DNA from: Stegostoma tigrinum
Lineage: Eukaryota
DNA length: 64,000 bases
Assembly: GCF_030684315.1 (NCBI RefSeq)
Contig: NC_081356.1
Span: 28,049,197-28,113,196, forward strand
Direction of reading: 5' to 3'
Positions 51,180-62,436 of the stretch are shown piece by piece (position 1 is the first letter of the stretch; the number at the start of each line of letters is the position of its first letter). Below the pieces are notes generated by a model. That model saw nothing but the letters and a program-made list of their open reading frames with translations. It was not told the origin of the DNA and ran no database searches. The translations under genes were made by a program, and so were the position numbers.

Positions 51180-51427
51180 CTGGTGGGGAAATGTTTATGA
51201 GCAGCTGGATTCAGTGTCCAGTCTATCAAAACGTAATTTATAGTAATTTTGCCGTAAGGTTTGTGGAGCTGGCTTCACAAGAAAATTTGTTTGATGGATC
51301 ACCCTGTTAAATTTGGAGGATGCAGTGGAGGTTTTGCCAGTAGAATTTCTTTAGCACTCTTGTGTGTTGCCGATACGCAGTCCAGGTCTCATTGCAATAT
51401 TGTGCAGCAGAATGGCTCAGTGGTTAG

Positions 51428-54400
51428 AGATAATGGGAACTGCAGATGCTGGAGAATCCAAGATAACAAAGTGTGGGGCTGGATGAACACAGCAGGTCAA
51501 GCAGCATCTTAGGAGGACAAAGCTGACGTTTCCGGCCTAGACCCTTCATCAGAAAAGGGGGATGGGGAGAGGATTCTGAAATAAATAGGGAGAGAGGGGG
51601 AGTTGGACTGAAGATGGATAGAGGAGAAGATAGGTGCAGAGGAGAGTATAGGTGGGGAGGGGATAGGTCAGTCCGTGGAGGACGGACAGGTCAAGGGGGC
51701 GGGATGAGGTTAGTAGGTAGGAAATGGAGGTGGGGGAGGGGATAGCTGAGAGGAAGAACAAGTTAGGGAGGCAGGGATGAGCTGGGCTGGTTTTGGGATG
51801 CAGTGGGGGGAGGGGAGATTTTGAAACTGGTGAAATCCACATTGATACCATTGGGCTGCAGGGTTCCCAAGCGGAATATGAGTTGCTGTTCCTGCAACCT
51901 TCGGGTGGCATCATTATGGCACTGCAGGAGGCCCATGATGGACATGTTGTCTAAGGAATGGGAGGGGGAGTTGAAATGGTTCGCGACTGGGAGGTGCAGT
52001 TGTTTACTGCGAACCGAGCGTAGGTGTTCTGCAAAGCGGTCCCCAAGCCGCTGCTTGGTTCCCCAATGTAGAGGAAGCCACATCGTGTACAGCCGGAGCA
52101 GTACACCACATTGGTGGATGTGCAGGTGAACATCTGCTTGATGTGGAAAGCCATCTTGGGGCCTGGGATGGGGGAGAGGGAGGAGGTTTGGGGGCAGGTG
52201 TAGCACTTCCTGCAGTTGCAGGGGAAAGTGCCGGCTGTGGTGGGGTTGGATGGGAGTCTGGACCAGACAAGGGAATCGCGGAGAAAATTGTCTCTCTGGA
52301 AGGCAGACAAGGGTGGGGTTGGAAAAATGTCTTTAGTGGTGGGGTTGGATTGTAGATGACGGAAGTGTCGGAGGATGATACGTTGTATCCGAAGGTTGGT
52401 GGGGTGGTATGTGAGGACCAGGGGAATTCTCTTTGGGTGATTATTGCGAGGGCAGGGTGTGAGGGATGAGGTGCGGGAAATACGGGAGACATGGTCGAGG
52501 GCCTTCTTGACCACTGCGGTGGGGATGTTGCGGTCCTTGAAGAACGAGGATATGTGGGATGTGCAGGAGTGGAATGCCTCATCCTGGGAGCAGATGCGGC
52601 GGAGGCGAAGGAATTGGGAATAGGGGATGGAATTTTTGCAGGAAGGTGGGTGGGAGGAGGTGTATTCCAGGTAGCTGTGGAAGTCGGTGGGGCTTGAAAT
52701 GGACATCGGTTTGTAGGTGGTTGCTTGAGATAGAACATAGAACAGTACAGCACAGGCCCTTCAGCCCACGATGTTGTGCCAACCATTGATCCTCATGTAT
52801 GCACCCTCAAATTTCTGTGACCATATGTATGTCCACCAGTCTCTTAAATGTCCCCAATGACCTTGCTTCCACAACCGCTGCTGGCAACGCATCCCATGCT
52901 CTCTCAACCCGCCTCTGTCATCCCCTCTATACTTTCCTCCAACCAGCTTAAAACTATGACCCCTCCTGTTAGCCTTTTCTGCCCTGGGAAATAGTCTCTG
53001 GCTATCAACTCTATCTATGCCTCTCATTATCTTGTATACCTCAATTAGGTCCCCTCTCCTCCTCCTTTTCTTCAATGAAAAGAGTCCGAGCTCAGTCAAC
53101 CTCCCTTCATAAGATAAGCCCTCCAGTCCAGGCAGCATCCTGGTAAACCTCCTCTGAACCCTCTCCAAAGCATCCACATCTTTCCTATAATAGAGCGACC
53201 AGAACTGGACGCAGTATTCCAAGTGTGGTCTAACCAAAGTTTTATAGAGCTGCAACAAGATCTCACAACTCTTAAACTCAATCCCCCTGTTAATGAAAGC
53301 CAAAACACCGTATGCTTTCTTAACAACCCTGTCTACTTGGGTGGCCATTTTAAGGGATCTATGTATCTGCATGCCAAGATCCCTCTGTTCCTCCACACTG
53401 CCAAGAATCCTATCCTTAATCCTGTACTCAGCTTTCAAATTCGACCTTCCAAAATGCATCACCTCGCATTTATCCAGGTTGAACTCCATCTGCCACCTCT
53501 CAGCCCATCTCTGCATCCTGTCAATGTCTCGCTGCAGCCTACAACAGCCCTCTATACTGTCAACGACACCTCCAACCTTCGTGTCATCTGCAAACTTGCT
53601 GACCCATCCTTCAATCCCCTCGTCCAAGTCATTAATAAAAATTACAAACAGTAAAGGCCCAAGGACAGAGCCCTGTGGAACACCACTCACCACTGACTTC
53701 CAGGCAGAATATTTTCCTTCTACTACCACCTGCTGTCTTCTGTTGGCCAGCCAATTCTGTATCCAGACAGCTAAGTTCCCCTGTATCCCATTCCTCCTGA
53801 CCTTCTGAAGGAGCCTACCATGGAGAACCTTATCAAATGCCTTGCTGGAGACAGAAAGGTCCAGGAAGGTAAGGGATGTGTTGGAGATGGCCCAGGTGAA
53901 CTTGAGGTTGGGGTGGAAGGTGTTAGTGAAATGGATGAACTGTTCGAGCTCCTCTTGGGAGCATGAGACGGCGCCGATACAGTCATCAATGTAATGGAGG
54001 AAGTGGTGGGGTTTTGGGCCAGTATAGGTGAGAAAGAGGGACTGTTCCACATAACCTACAAACAAGCAGGCATAGCTTGGGCCCATGCGGGTACCCATGG
54101 CCACCCCCTTAGTCTGTAGGAAGTGGGAGGAATCAAAAGAGAAGTCGTTGAGGGTGAGGATGAGTTTGGTTAGGCAGATGAGGTTGTCGGTGGAGGGGGA
54201 CTTGTCGGGTCTGCAGGACAGGAAGAAGCGGAGGGCCTATAGGCCATCTACATGGGGAACACAGGTGTATAGGGACTGGACGTCCATGGTGAAAATGAGG
54301 TGTGGGGGACCGGGGAATTGGAAGTTCCCAAGGGGGTGGAGGGCGTGGGTGGTGTCACGGACGTACGTAGGGATTTTCTGGACCAAGGGGGAGAAAATGG

Positions 54401-54540
54401 AGCCCAGTTAGGTGGAGATGAGTTCGGTGGGGCAGGAGCAGGCAGAGACAATAGGTCGATCAGGGCAGGTGGTTTTGTGGATTTTGGGAAGGAGATAGAA
54501 GCAGGCGGTGTGGGGTTGGGGAACAATGAGGCTGGAGGCT
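51428..54540 (-). mobile_element. Penelope-like retroelement (family B), 5'-truncated, RT + GIY-YIG, interrupted by a CR1
   Basis: FTMDVQSLYT, GVAMGTRMGPSYA, YIDD, FLDL, YTSSHP..CKNSIPYSQFLRLRRICS, VVYC..C..C..LYIGE, RLGDRFAEHLRS; contains stops and frameshifts; terminal CTGATGA...GAAACGTC at 51525-51552. Confidence 0.92.
52732..53846 (-). mobile_element. 5'-truncated CR1 LINE nested in Penelope RT
   Basis: SKAFDKV, SGVPQGSVLGPLLF, KFADDTK, VRPHLEYCVQFWS; tail CTGTACTGTTCTATGTTCT; removing it restores Penelope CTTTCTGTCTCC|ATCTCAAGCAAC (LSVS|ISSN). Confidence 0.93.
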
Positions 54541-54854
54541 AGTGCCAGGGATCTGAGTTTGATTCCAGTTTTGGGTGACTGTCTGTGTGGAGTTTACACA
54601 TTCTCCCTGTGTCTGCATGGATTTCCATTCAGATGCTTCAGTTTTCTTCCACAGTCAAAATATGTGCCGGTTAGGCAGATTGGCCATGATAAAAACTACC
54701 CTGTAGTTTCCAGGGATGTGCAGGTTAAATGGTTTAGCTATGCTAAAAACCCCAATGGGGTGATGGAGTGGGTGGTTGCTCATTGGAGGGTCAGTGCAGA
54801 GTCATTGGGCAGAATGGCCTCTTTCTGCACTACAGAGATTCTGTGATTATATGA

Positions 54855-55720
54855 AGACAGCTGCTTTGTACACTAGAACTTTTGTTGACGTTTTTGCCAA
54901 AAATTTGTTGCCTCAATTTGTCGAAGGGTGAGTGATACAGCTGCTGTGGTGTTGGTTCTTCTCCTTGGTGATCTTTTTTGAAAAGATGGCTACCAAGGTA
55001 TGGCAAGTGCTCAAAATATTCCAGCATCACTCTTTGGCATGTATGAGAGATGGAACATTTGGCTGGCCTGGCCTAGGTTGGAGTATGGGTTTTGTATTGG
55101 TAGTATTCACAGACAGACCTAGACTCTGGTAAGCAGGACTGATGAAATCTAGAGCGGCTTGCAATTCTGGTGCAAAGCAGACAATGATTCTCAATTTAAT
55201 TTCGATGAGGAGTGACTGGGGTTAGAGTTTTCCACCTGGCAACATTCAGCATGCACACCAGAAGCCAGTTGATTTTTCATTGCTTGAGTAGCCACTATTG
55301 AATGCATTGTCAATGATAAGGGGGCTATCCCACCAGGGTCTGGAATTTGAAGGCTCTATTTTGCATCTCACGCTCAAAACAGTTGCAGGATTGTGACGAA
55401 GCTTCACAGACATTCAGTTCTCTGCAGAATAATCCACAAAGCCCACAGAGTTATTGAGTCAAATGTTTTGGCCACATTGATGTATGTAATGAAGTGTTCC
55501 TGGTGTTGTTCTTGACATTTTTCTTAGATTTGCCTAGTATTAAAGACTACTCCAAAGGTTTTCTGGATGCTGTAAAGTCACGACGTGTCTCCGACGAGGT
55601 CTCCAAAGCCACAGGAATTCAGGAGCATGTTAGGATTTCTGCTGCAATGGGCAGGAGGGAAGTACCTTGATAGGTTCCATAGCAACTGTGAAGATATAAA
55701 GATGTGTGAAAGTTTATAAT
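54855..55720 (-). mobile_element. Decayed RTE-like LINE fragment
   Basis: LEYFEHLPYLGSHL...F.KLRQQIF in ORF 54830..55030; similar decayed RTE-like sequence at about 59500-60200. Confidence 0.5.
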
Positions 55721-55849
55721 AGATCCCTAACAATCAGCAATAGAGTAAGTTATAATGGGGAACAGAGCTATCACAGACCAATAAAATTCATATTTTGGTT
55801 CTGTCATCACAATGCAGGACACAAATAATATTCAAAAAATGTTGGGGAC

Positions 55850-56665
55850 CACAAAGCCTAGTGAAGGGAGGAACTGAAGGAAATCGGTATTCCTAGGAAA
55901 ATGGAATTGGGGAAATTGATGGGATTAAAAGTCAATATATCCCCAGCAGTCAATAGCATACATCGCAGAGTATTAAGGGAAGTGGCCCAAGAAATAGTCG
56001 ATGCAGTGGTGGTCATTTTTCAAGATTCTGTACACCCTGGAAATTTCCAATGAATTGGAAGGTAACTAATGCAACCCCAGTAGTTTTACAAACATAGGGA
56101 ATTATTAGACCGGTTATTCTGAGATTGGTAGTAGGGAGAATGCTAGAGTCCTTTATGAAATGCTTGATTGCAGAGCACTTGAGGAAACAGTGACAGAATG
56201 GGCCAGAGTCAGTATGAAAGGGCTGAAAGAATTACAGATGCTGGAAATCTAAAACAAAAACTGAACTTGCTGGAAAATTTCAGCAGGTCTAGCAGCATCT
56301 GTGTTACTGTTTTGGGTCCAGTGACCCTTCCTCAGTGTTTGCAGATGTCACAACATTGAGTGGGAGGGTAAACTTTGAAGAGGATGCAGAGATGCTTCAA
56401 TTTGATTTGACAAGTTGTCAGTGGGCAACTGCTTGGTAGATGAGTATAATGTGCGTTACCCACTTTGATAACAAAAAAGCAGGAAGGTAGATTATTATCC
56501 CAGTGGTGATAGATTGGGAGAGGAGAGGTCCTAGGAGACCTGGGTGTCCTTGTATACCAGTTGCTGAAAGTAAGCATACAGGTGAAGAAAGCAAATGGTG
56601 TGTTGACCTTCATAATGACAGCATTTGAATACAGGAGGAGTCTTGCTGCAATTGTACAGGGCTTT
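55850..56665 (+). mobile_element. Older CR1 fragments with nested PLE terminus (about 56222-56335, -)
   Basis: HRRVLREVAQEIVD, KKANGVL, LLQLYRALV; the host reading resumes as SPYLRK at about 59055. Confidence 0.7.
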
Positions 56666-56668
56666 GGT

Positions 56669-59053
56669 CTTAGGATGGCTTTTTGGAACAGCTTGTGATG
56701 GAGCCCACAAGGGAGCAGGCTATTCTGGACTTATTGCTATGTAACGAGCCAGAGTTTATAAAAGACCTTAAAGTAAGGGAACACTTAGGAGGCAGTGATC
56801 ATAATATGGTAGAGTTCAGTCTGCAGCTTGAAAGAGAGAAGGCAAAATCAGATGTAATGGTGTTACAGTTAAATAAAGGCAATTACAGGGGCATGAGAGA
56901 GGAATTGACGAAAATCGACTGGAAGCAGAGCCTAGCAGGGAAGACAGTAGACCAACAATGGCAGGAGTTTCTGGGTGTAATTGAGGACACAGTACAGAGG
57001 TTCAATCCCAAAGAAAAGATAGATTATCCGGGGTGGGATTAGACAGCCATGGCTGACAATGGAAGTCAGGAAATGTATCAAAGTAAAAGAGACAGCCTAT
57101 AAAGTGGCCAAGAGCACTGGGAAATCAGGAGATTAGGAAGGCTACAAAAACAGACAGAGAATAACAAAGAGAGCAATAAGGAAGGAGAAGATCAAATATG
57201 AAGGTAGGCTAACTAGTAATATTAGAAATGATAGTAAAAGCTTCTTTCAATACTTAAGAAAAAAATGTGAGGTAAAAGTAGATATTGGGCCGCTCCAAAT
57301 TGATGCTGGAAGGCTAGTGATGGGAGATAAGGAAAGAGCTGAAGTACTTAATAAGTACTTTGCGTTAGTCTTCACAGTGGAAGACATGAGTAGTATGCCA
57401 ACAGTTAGGGAGAGCCAGGGGGCAGAGTTGAGTATGGTAGGCATCACAAAAGAGAAAGTGCTAGAAAAGCTAAAGGGTCTAAAAATTGATAAATCTCCTG
57501 GGTCTGATGGCCTACATCCTAGAGTTCTGAGGGAGACGGCTGAGGAAATAGCGGAGGCTTTGGTTGTGATCTTTCAAAAGTCACTGGAGTCTGGGAAAGT
57601 CCCAGATGATTGGAAAATTGCTGTTGTAACCCCCTTCTTTAAGAAAGGATCAAGGCAAAAGATGGAAAATTATAGGCCGATTAGCCTAACCTTGGTAGTT
57701 GGTAAAATTCTAGAATCCATTGTCAAGGATGAGATTTCTAAATCCCTGGAAGTGCAGGGTCAGATTAAAACAAGTCAGCATGGATTTAGTAAGGGGAGGT
57801 CGTGCCTGACAAACCTGTTAGAATTTTTTGAAGAGGTAACAAGTATGTCAGACCAGGGAAACCCAGTAGATGTTATCTATCTTGACTTCCAAAAGGCCTT
57901 TGATACGGTGCCTCACGGGAGGATGCTGAGCAAGGTGAGGGCCCATGGTGTTCGAGGTGAGCTACTGGCTTGGATTGAGGATTGGCTGTCTGACAGAAGG
58001 CAGACAGTTGGGATAAAAGGCTCTTTCTTGGAATGGCAACCAGTGACGAGTGGTGTCCCACAGCGTTCAGTGTTGGGGCCGCAGCTGTTCACCTTATATA
58101 TTAATCATCTGGATGAAAGGACTGGGGGCATTCTGGCTAAGTTTGCCAATGATACGAAGATAGGTGGACAGGCAGGTAGTACTGAGGAGGTGGGGAAGCT
58201 ACAGAAAGATTTAGACAGTTTAGTAGAGTGGTCCATGAAATTCAATGTCAGTAAATGTGAAGTTTTGCACTTTGGCGAAAAGAATACAGGCATGGACTAT
58301 TTTCTAAACGGTGAGAAAATCGCAAAGCAGAAGTACAAAGGGATCTGGGAGCGTTGGTCCAGGATTCTCTTAAGGTTAACTTGCAGGTAGAGTCCGTGAT
58401 TAAGAAAGCGAATGTAATGTTGGCGTTTATCTCAAGAGGGTTGGAATATAAAAGCAGCGATGTGCTTCTGAGGCTTTATAAGGCTCTTGTTAGGCCCCAT
58501 TTAGAATACTGTGTTCAATTTTGGACACCACACCTCAGGAAGGACATATTAGCCCTGAAGCGTGTCCAGCGGAGATTCACACGGATGATCTCTGGAATGG
58601 TAGGTTTAACATATGATGAATAGCTAAGGATCCTGGGATTGTACTCATTAGAATTTAGAAGGTTGAGGGGAGATCTAATAGAAACTTACAAGATAATGTA
58701 TGGTTTAGAAGGGGTGGACGCCAGGAAGTTGTTTCCATTAGGCGGGGAGACTAGGACCCGTGGGCACAGCCTTAAAATTAGAGGGGGTAAATTTAAAACT
58801 GAAATGAGATGACATTTCTTCAGCCAGAGAGTGGTGGGCCTGTGGAATTCATTGCCACGGAGTGCAGTGGAGGCCGGGACGGTGGATGCCTTCAAGGCAG
58901 AGATCGACAAATTCTTGATCTCAGAAGGAATCAAGGGCTATGGGGAGAGTGCAGGGAAGTGGAGTTGAAATGTCCATCAGCCATGATTTAAATGGTGGAG
59001 TGGACTTGATGGGCGAAATGGCCTTACTTTCACTCCTATGTCTTTTGGTCTTA
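56669..59053 (+). mobile_element. 5'-truncated CR1 LINE (EN C-terminus + RT + 3' UTR), mildly degenerate
   Basis: ORFs 56683..57042 (EPTREQAILDLLLCN..GSDHN), 57317..58390 (KSPGSDGLHP, NYRPISL, QHGF, YLDFQKAFD, SGVPQ), 58354..58623; tail CCTATGTCTTTTGGTCTTA. Confidence 0.93.
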
Positions 59054-60579
59054 TCGTCTCCTTATCTAAGGAAGGGTGTTCTAGTTTTAAAGGGAGGGTA
59101 ATGAAGGTTCCTTGGATGGCAGCACCAGCCTCTAAAGTGGCATTGGTGGCATCAGGTCAAAATAGACCTTTTCCTCAAAATCTTAATTGAGGATGAGGAT
59201 TGGTGTAATGGCATATTGTTTACAGCTGAGCTGCAGGAGAAAGTCATGAGCCTTTTGTTGAAGAATCGAGGGCTTTTGTGGCGCAGTGCTAATCCCTCTA
59301 CCTCTGGGCCAGGAGTCTTGGGTTTGAGTCCCAACTGATTAGACGTGTGTCATAACATGTCTGAACAGGTTGTTTTAAAACACTTCAACAAGTGGCTTTC
59401 AAGATTGTATTCCAGATGACAAAACTGGTCCATGGATGTGACGGTTGCTTGTTCCCAGTGGAAGGTTATTTACACCCCCCCCCCCCCCCCCGCCACAAAA
59501 TCCTTGTATGATCAGTGCCCCTCCCCAGAAGTGTAGAACTCACTGAGGGTACACTGTCAGTTTGGAACCTTGATGGTTCTTGTGATGAATATGTTTGCAG
59601 GTTTTCTTCCACTCTTGAGATTATTCATGAATGTTCTATCATTCCAAGTTGCATAACTTTGAGTTTTCATCCAGGGAAGATGGTGAGGCCAGTGGGCATG
59701 ACTCCCCAGCCAGTTGGAAGTGAGACGGTCTATTTTTACAGAACCTTCTCTAGCCCCATTTGGACTGAGCAGAGCATGCCCTGAAGAATTCTGCACAGTC
59801 ACAGATGATGCTGCCCAAAGACACCTCTGTGTCGACACCAGTTTGAAACCCTGACCCATCAAAAATTCTTCACTCCTAAGGCCTTGGCACATAGACCCCG
59901 AAAGAGGCCTGTACACAAATATATTTAATGAGGGGTTCTTTGGGCACTGTGATTGTCCACAGGTTAGTGGCCAGATTTGGATGGCATCACAGGAGATTGA
60001 TAAACAAGATTTAGCAGTGCAGTGCCTTCTGTGAAAAGGGAATAAAAATCAAATTGAAGTTTGCTGGCCATGCAGGCATGTTCAACCATGAGAGAGAAGC
60101 TTTCCCAGTATTTTTTTTAGACACTGGAGAACCAGAGCTGGGATATTGCCATGGAGACAGTGTTGAATTATGGTCCAACTTTAGAGGTTAAAGAAACAAG
60201 CCCCACTCTCTCTAACTCTACAGAGATTCCCGATCTACCTCATCTTACCCCATCCACTTTATGAAAACACTCCCGTTCCTGACCAATTGCAATACCTTGT
60301 CTGTGCAATGAAAGGTATTTTAATAAAGTTTCATTTGTCTGAGATTGAAGTAATGGTTTAGTTTAAGGGAAGAGGCTAATTTAAGAGATCTGTTTGCTGA
60401 TATGTACAATATTAAGACAATTATTGAATCTTAAAAGAAACATTCTATTTTGTTTTACACTTTATTTATGTGACCAGTGTAAGATAATATCACAATATTG
60501 TGGTTTAGTAACGTACTATTTAGCAAAGTCACTATTCTTAACAAATGCAGCACCAATTATTGTCAACTTCACGTGCACA

Positions 60580-60822
60580 ATATTGAAAGGACACATTAAT
60601 TTGGAGCCAATCTACCATCCTCTGAGAAAAAGGACAGGAAATGACATCACCAATGCAGGAAATGACATCACCAACCCAAGGAAACCTACACAGATAAATA
60701 GAAAGCGGGACATAACACCAGCGCTTCATCAGAGGCTCACAGTTGATGTTACCTAGAATGGTGACAAAACATCTGGGAACAAACCTTCAAGCTCAGTGAA
60801 CCAGCTTACATCTGGAACAAAA
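60580..60822 (+). mobile_element. Penelope-like 3' terminus (family E) with degenerate hammerhead motif
   Basis: HINLEPIYHPL-type C-terminus; CAGTTGA-T-GTTACC TAGAAT GGTGAC-AAAA-CA-TC at about 60740-60773. Confidence 0.55.
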
Positions 60823-60973
60823 TAAAGTCCCACTCTCTTGTGGACCGAGAGGAGGAGAGCGTTGTGTGGAGGTGAAAGGAAGACGTCGGGTTGGCTGTGC
60901 ACCCTTGCAATCAGTGGATCTTAATGCTGGCTTCGGCCTAACACTGGTTCAGGGGAGCAGCCAACCCGCAACG

Positions 60974-62436
60974 ATGGCTGTGGCAAGTGCTCATGCCCCA
61001 GGTCAGGGGGTCCGGAACACCACCCGTGTTTCCGTAAAGAAGGTGGATGAAGGTGCACCTGTGGACCGCACCTTCTTCGTGAAGAGGGTCCTGTTGGACT
61101 GTTGCGGGTTCGCTGCTGTGGACGTTTACTGCCTGCAGGATTTCCCCGGAGGAGGTTTTTACAACGTGACCTTCAGGAGTGCCAAGCTTTGCGAGCGCTT
61201 CCTGGAGGTTTTCAAGGAGAAAGGAGGTGAGGGCCCCCTCTCTGTATTGACCGCTGTGCCGCTGTTCGTGATGCCAGCACAGAGGAGCCGTATGGTGACT
61301 GTACACATGTACAACCCGCATGTGCCAGCAGTTGATGTCCTGACCTTCCTTGGAAGGTATGTGAAGGTGGAAGGGGTCCTAACTGACATCGTGGACCCCT
61401 TTGGCATCTGGACCAGTAAGAGGCAGGTCAAGGTGACGCTGAGGATGGGCGCGGACGGAAATGTCGTACACCCACCGTCCAGCTTCGCAATCGGCGGGAG
61501 CAGGGGCTACCTGACCTATGCAGGGCAACCTAAAGTCTGCCATGCCTGTGGTAGGTCAGGTCACGTGGCGGCCGACTGCAAAGCCACCATCTTCAGGAAC
61601 TGCAGGGATGAGGGACACCTTACAGAGTGTTGCCCATGAGAGAGAAGCTGCAACCTTTGCTGGGAAGCGGGCCACTTCTATAGGGCATGCCCGCGGCGGG
61701 GGACCACCTACGCCCAGGTCGCTGGCAGGGGCAATGCGGGGCCAGCGCCCCCGGAGGAGAGGAAGGCACCAGGGCCCAGCAAGGACCCCACTAATGAGCA
61801 GGAGGGCCAGGCCACGCAGGAGGGCCCAGCCCCGCAGGATGGGCCCGAGGCCAGCAAAGCACCCCTGCAGGCTCCGCTCCACCCCGACAACACGGAGTCA
61901 ATGGAGGCGGCGACAGGCGACCCAGGGGAGTGGACGACGGTCCGGAAAGCGAGGAGGAAGGTGCGTCGACGAGCCCAGGAACCACAACCATCAGGCGGGA
62001 AGAGGCAGGTACAGGGGGGCTATAAGAGCTCCTCTGACAAGGGGGATTCGGAGAGGGCCCACCCGAAGCAGAAGTTAAAGATCTCGAGGGAGAAGGAAAG
62101 CAGCACCCCGCTTCCAGATGACGGGAGGCGTCCTGAGGCTCCCTCCGACACCCAGTCAAGTGCCACTGGGGCACTGGAGGGCCCCCTGGAACTTCCAGGC
62201 GGGAAGGAGGAAACAGCGCGTCCCCAGCCTGACCCGGAGCCGGACCCTCCTGCCTCCGCACCCCGACGGGGGGATGCCACCCGGAAGGCAGCACGGATGG
62301 TTTCCTGAGCCCGGAGAGTGTCCAGCAGTTAGCCTGGACAATGGGCATGAAGGGACAGATGGAGGGGCTGGACCTTGGACTTGGGGAGGGTACTGCGGTC
62401 ACTGCCCACAATGGGGGTACGAGTTGCGAGCATTAA
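60974..62436 (+). pseudogene. Tx1 ORF1 (RRM-like region + three CCHC zinc knuckles), disrupted
   Basis: MAVASAH...YAGQPKVCHACGRSGHVAADC, (F)RNCRDEGHLTECC, in-frame TGA at 61637-61639, then CNLCWEAGHFYRAC. Same frame continues to about 62270; a probable frameshift then leads to TAA at 62434-62436. Confidence 0.8.

Larger units (their letters stand above)
51402..54850 (+). mobile_element. V-SINE split by a Penelope insertion (head 51402-51427; remainder 54541-54850)
   Basis: Box A TGGCTCAGTGGTTAG ends at 51427. AGTGCCAGGGATCTGAGTTTGATTCC (box B) and the V-domain resume at 54541. About 14 bp of the SINE are missing at the junction. Confidence 0.8.

Noticed and set aside
56663-59053. 10-bp direct repeat TTTGGTCTTA flanking the large CR1, as a TSD
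   Set aside because: The right copy is the CR1 tail repeat and the left overlaps host and element coding sequence; about 30 bp of host is deleted, so microhomology fits better than a true TSD
59475-59491. Poly-C run
   Set aside because: Simple homopolymer with no supporting context
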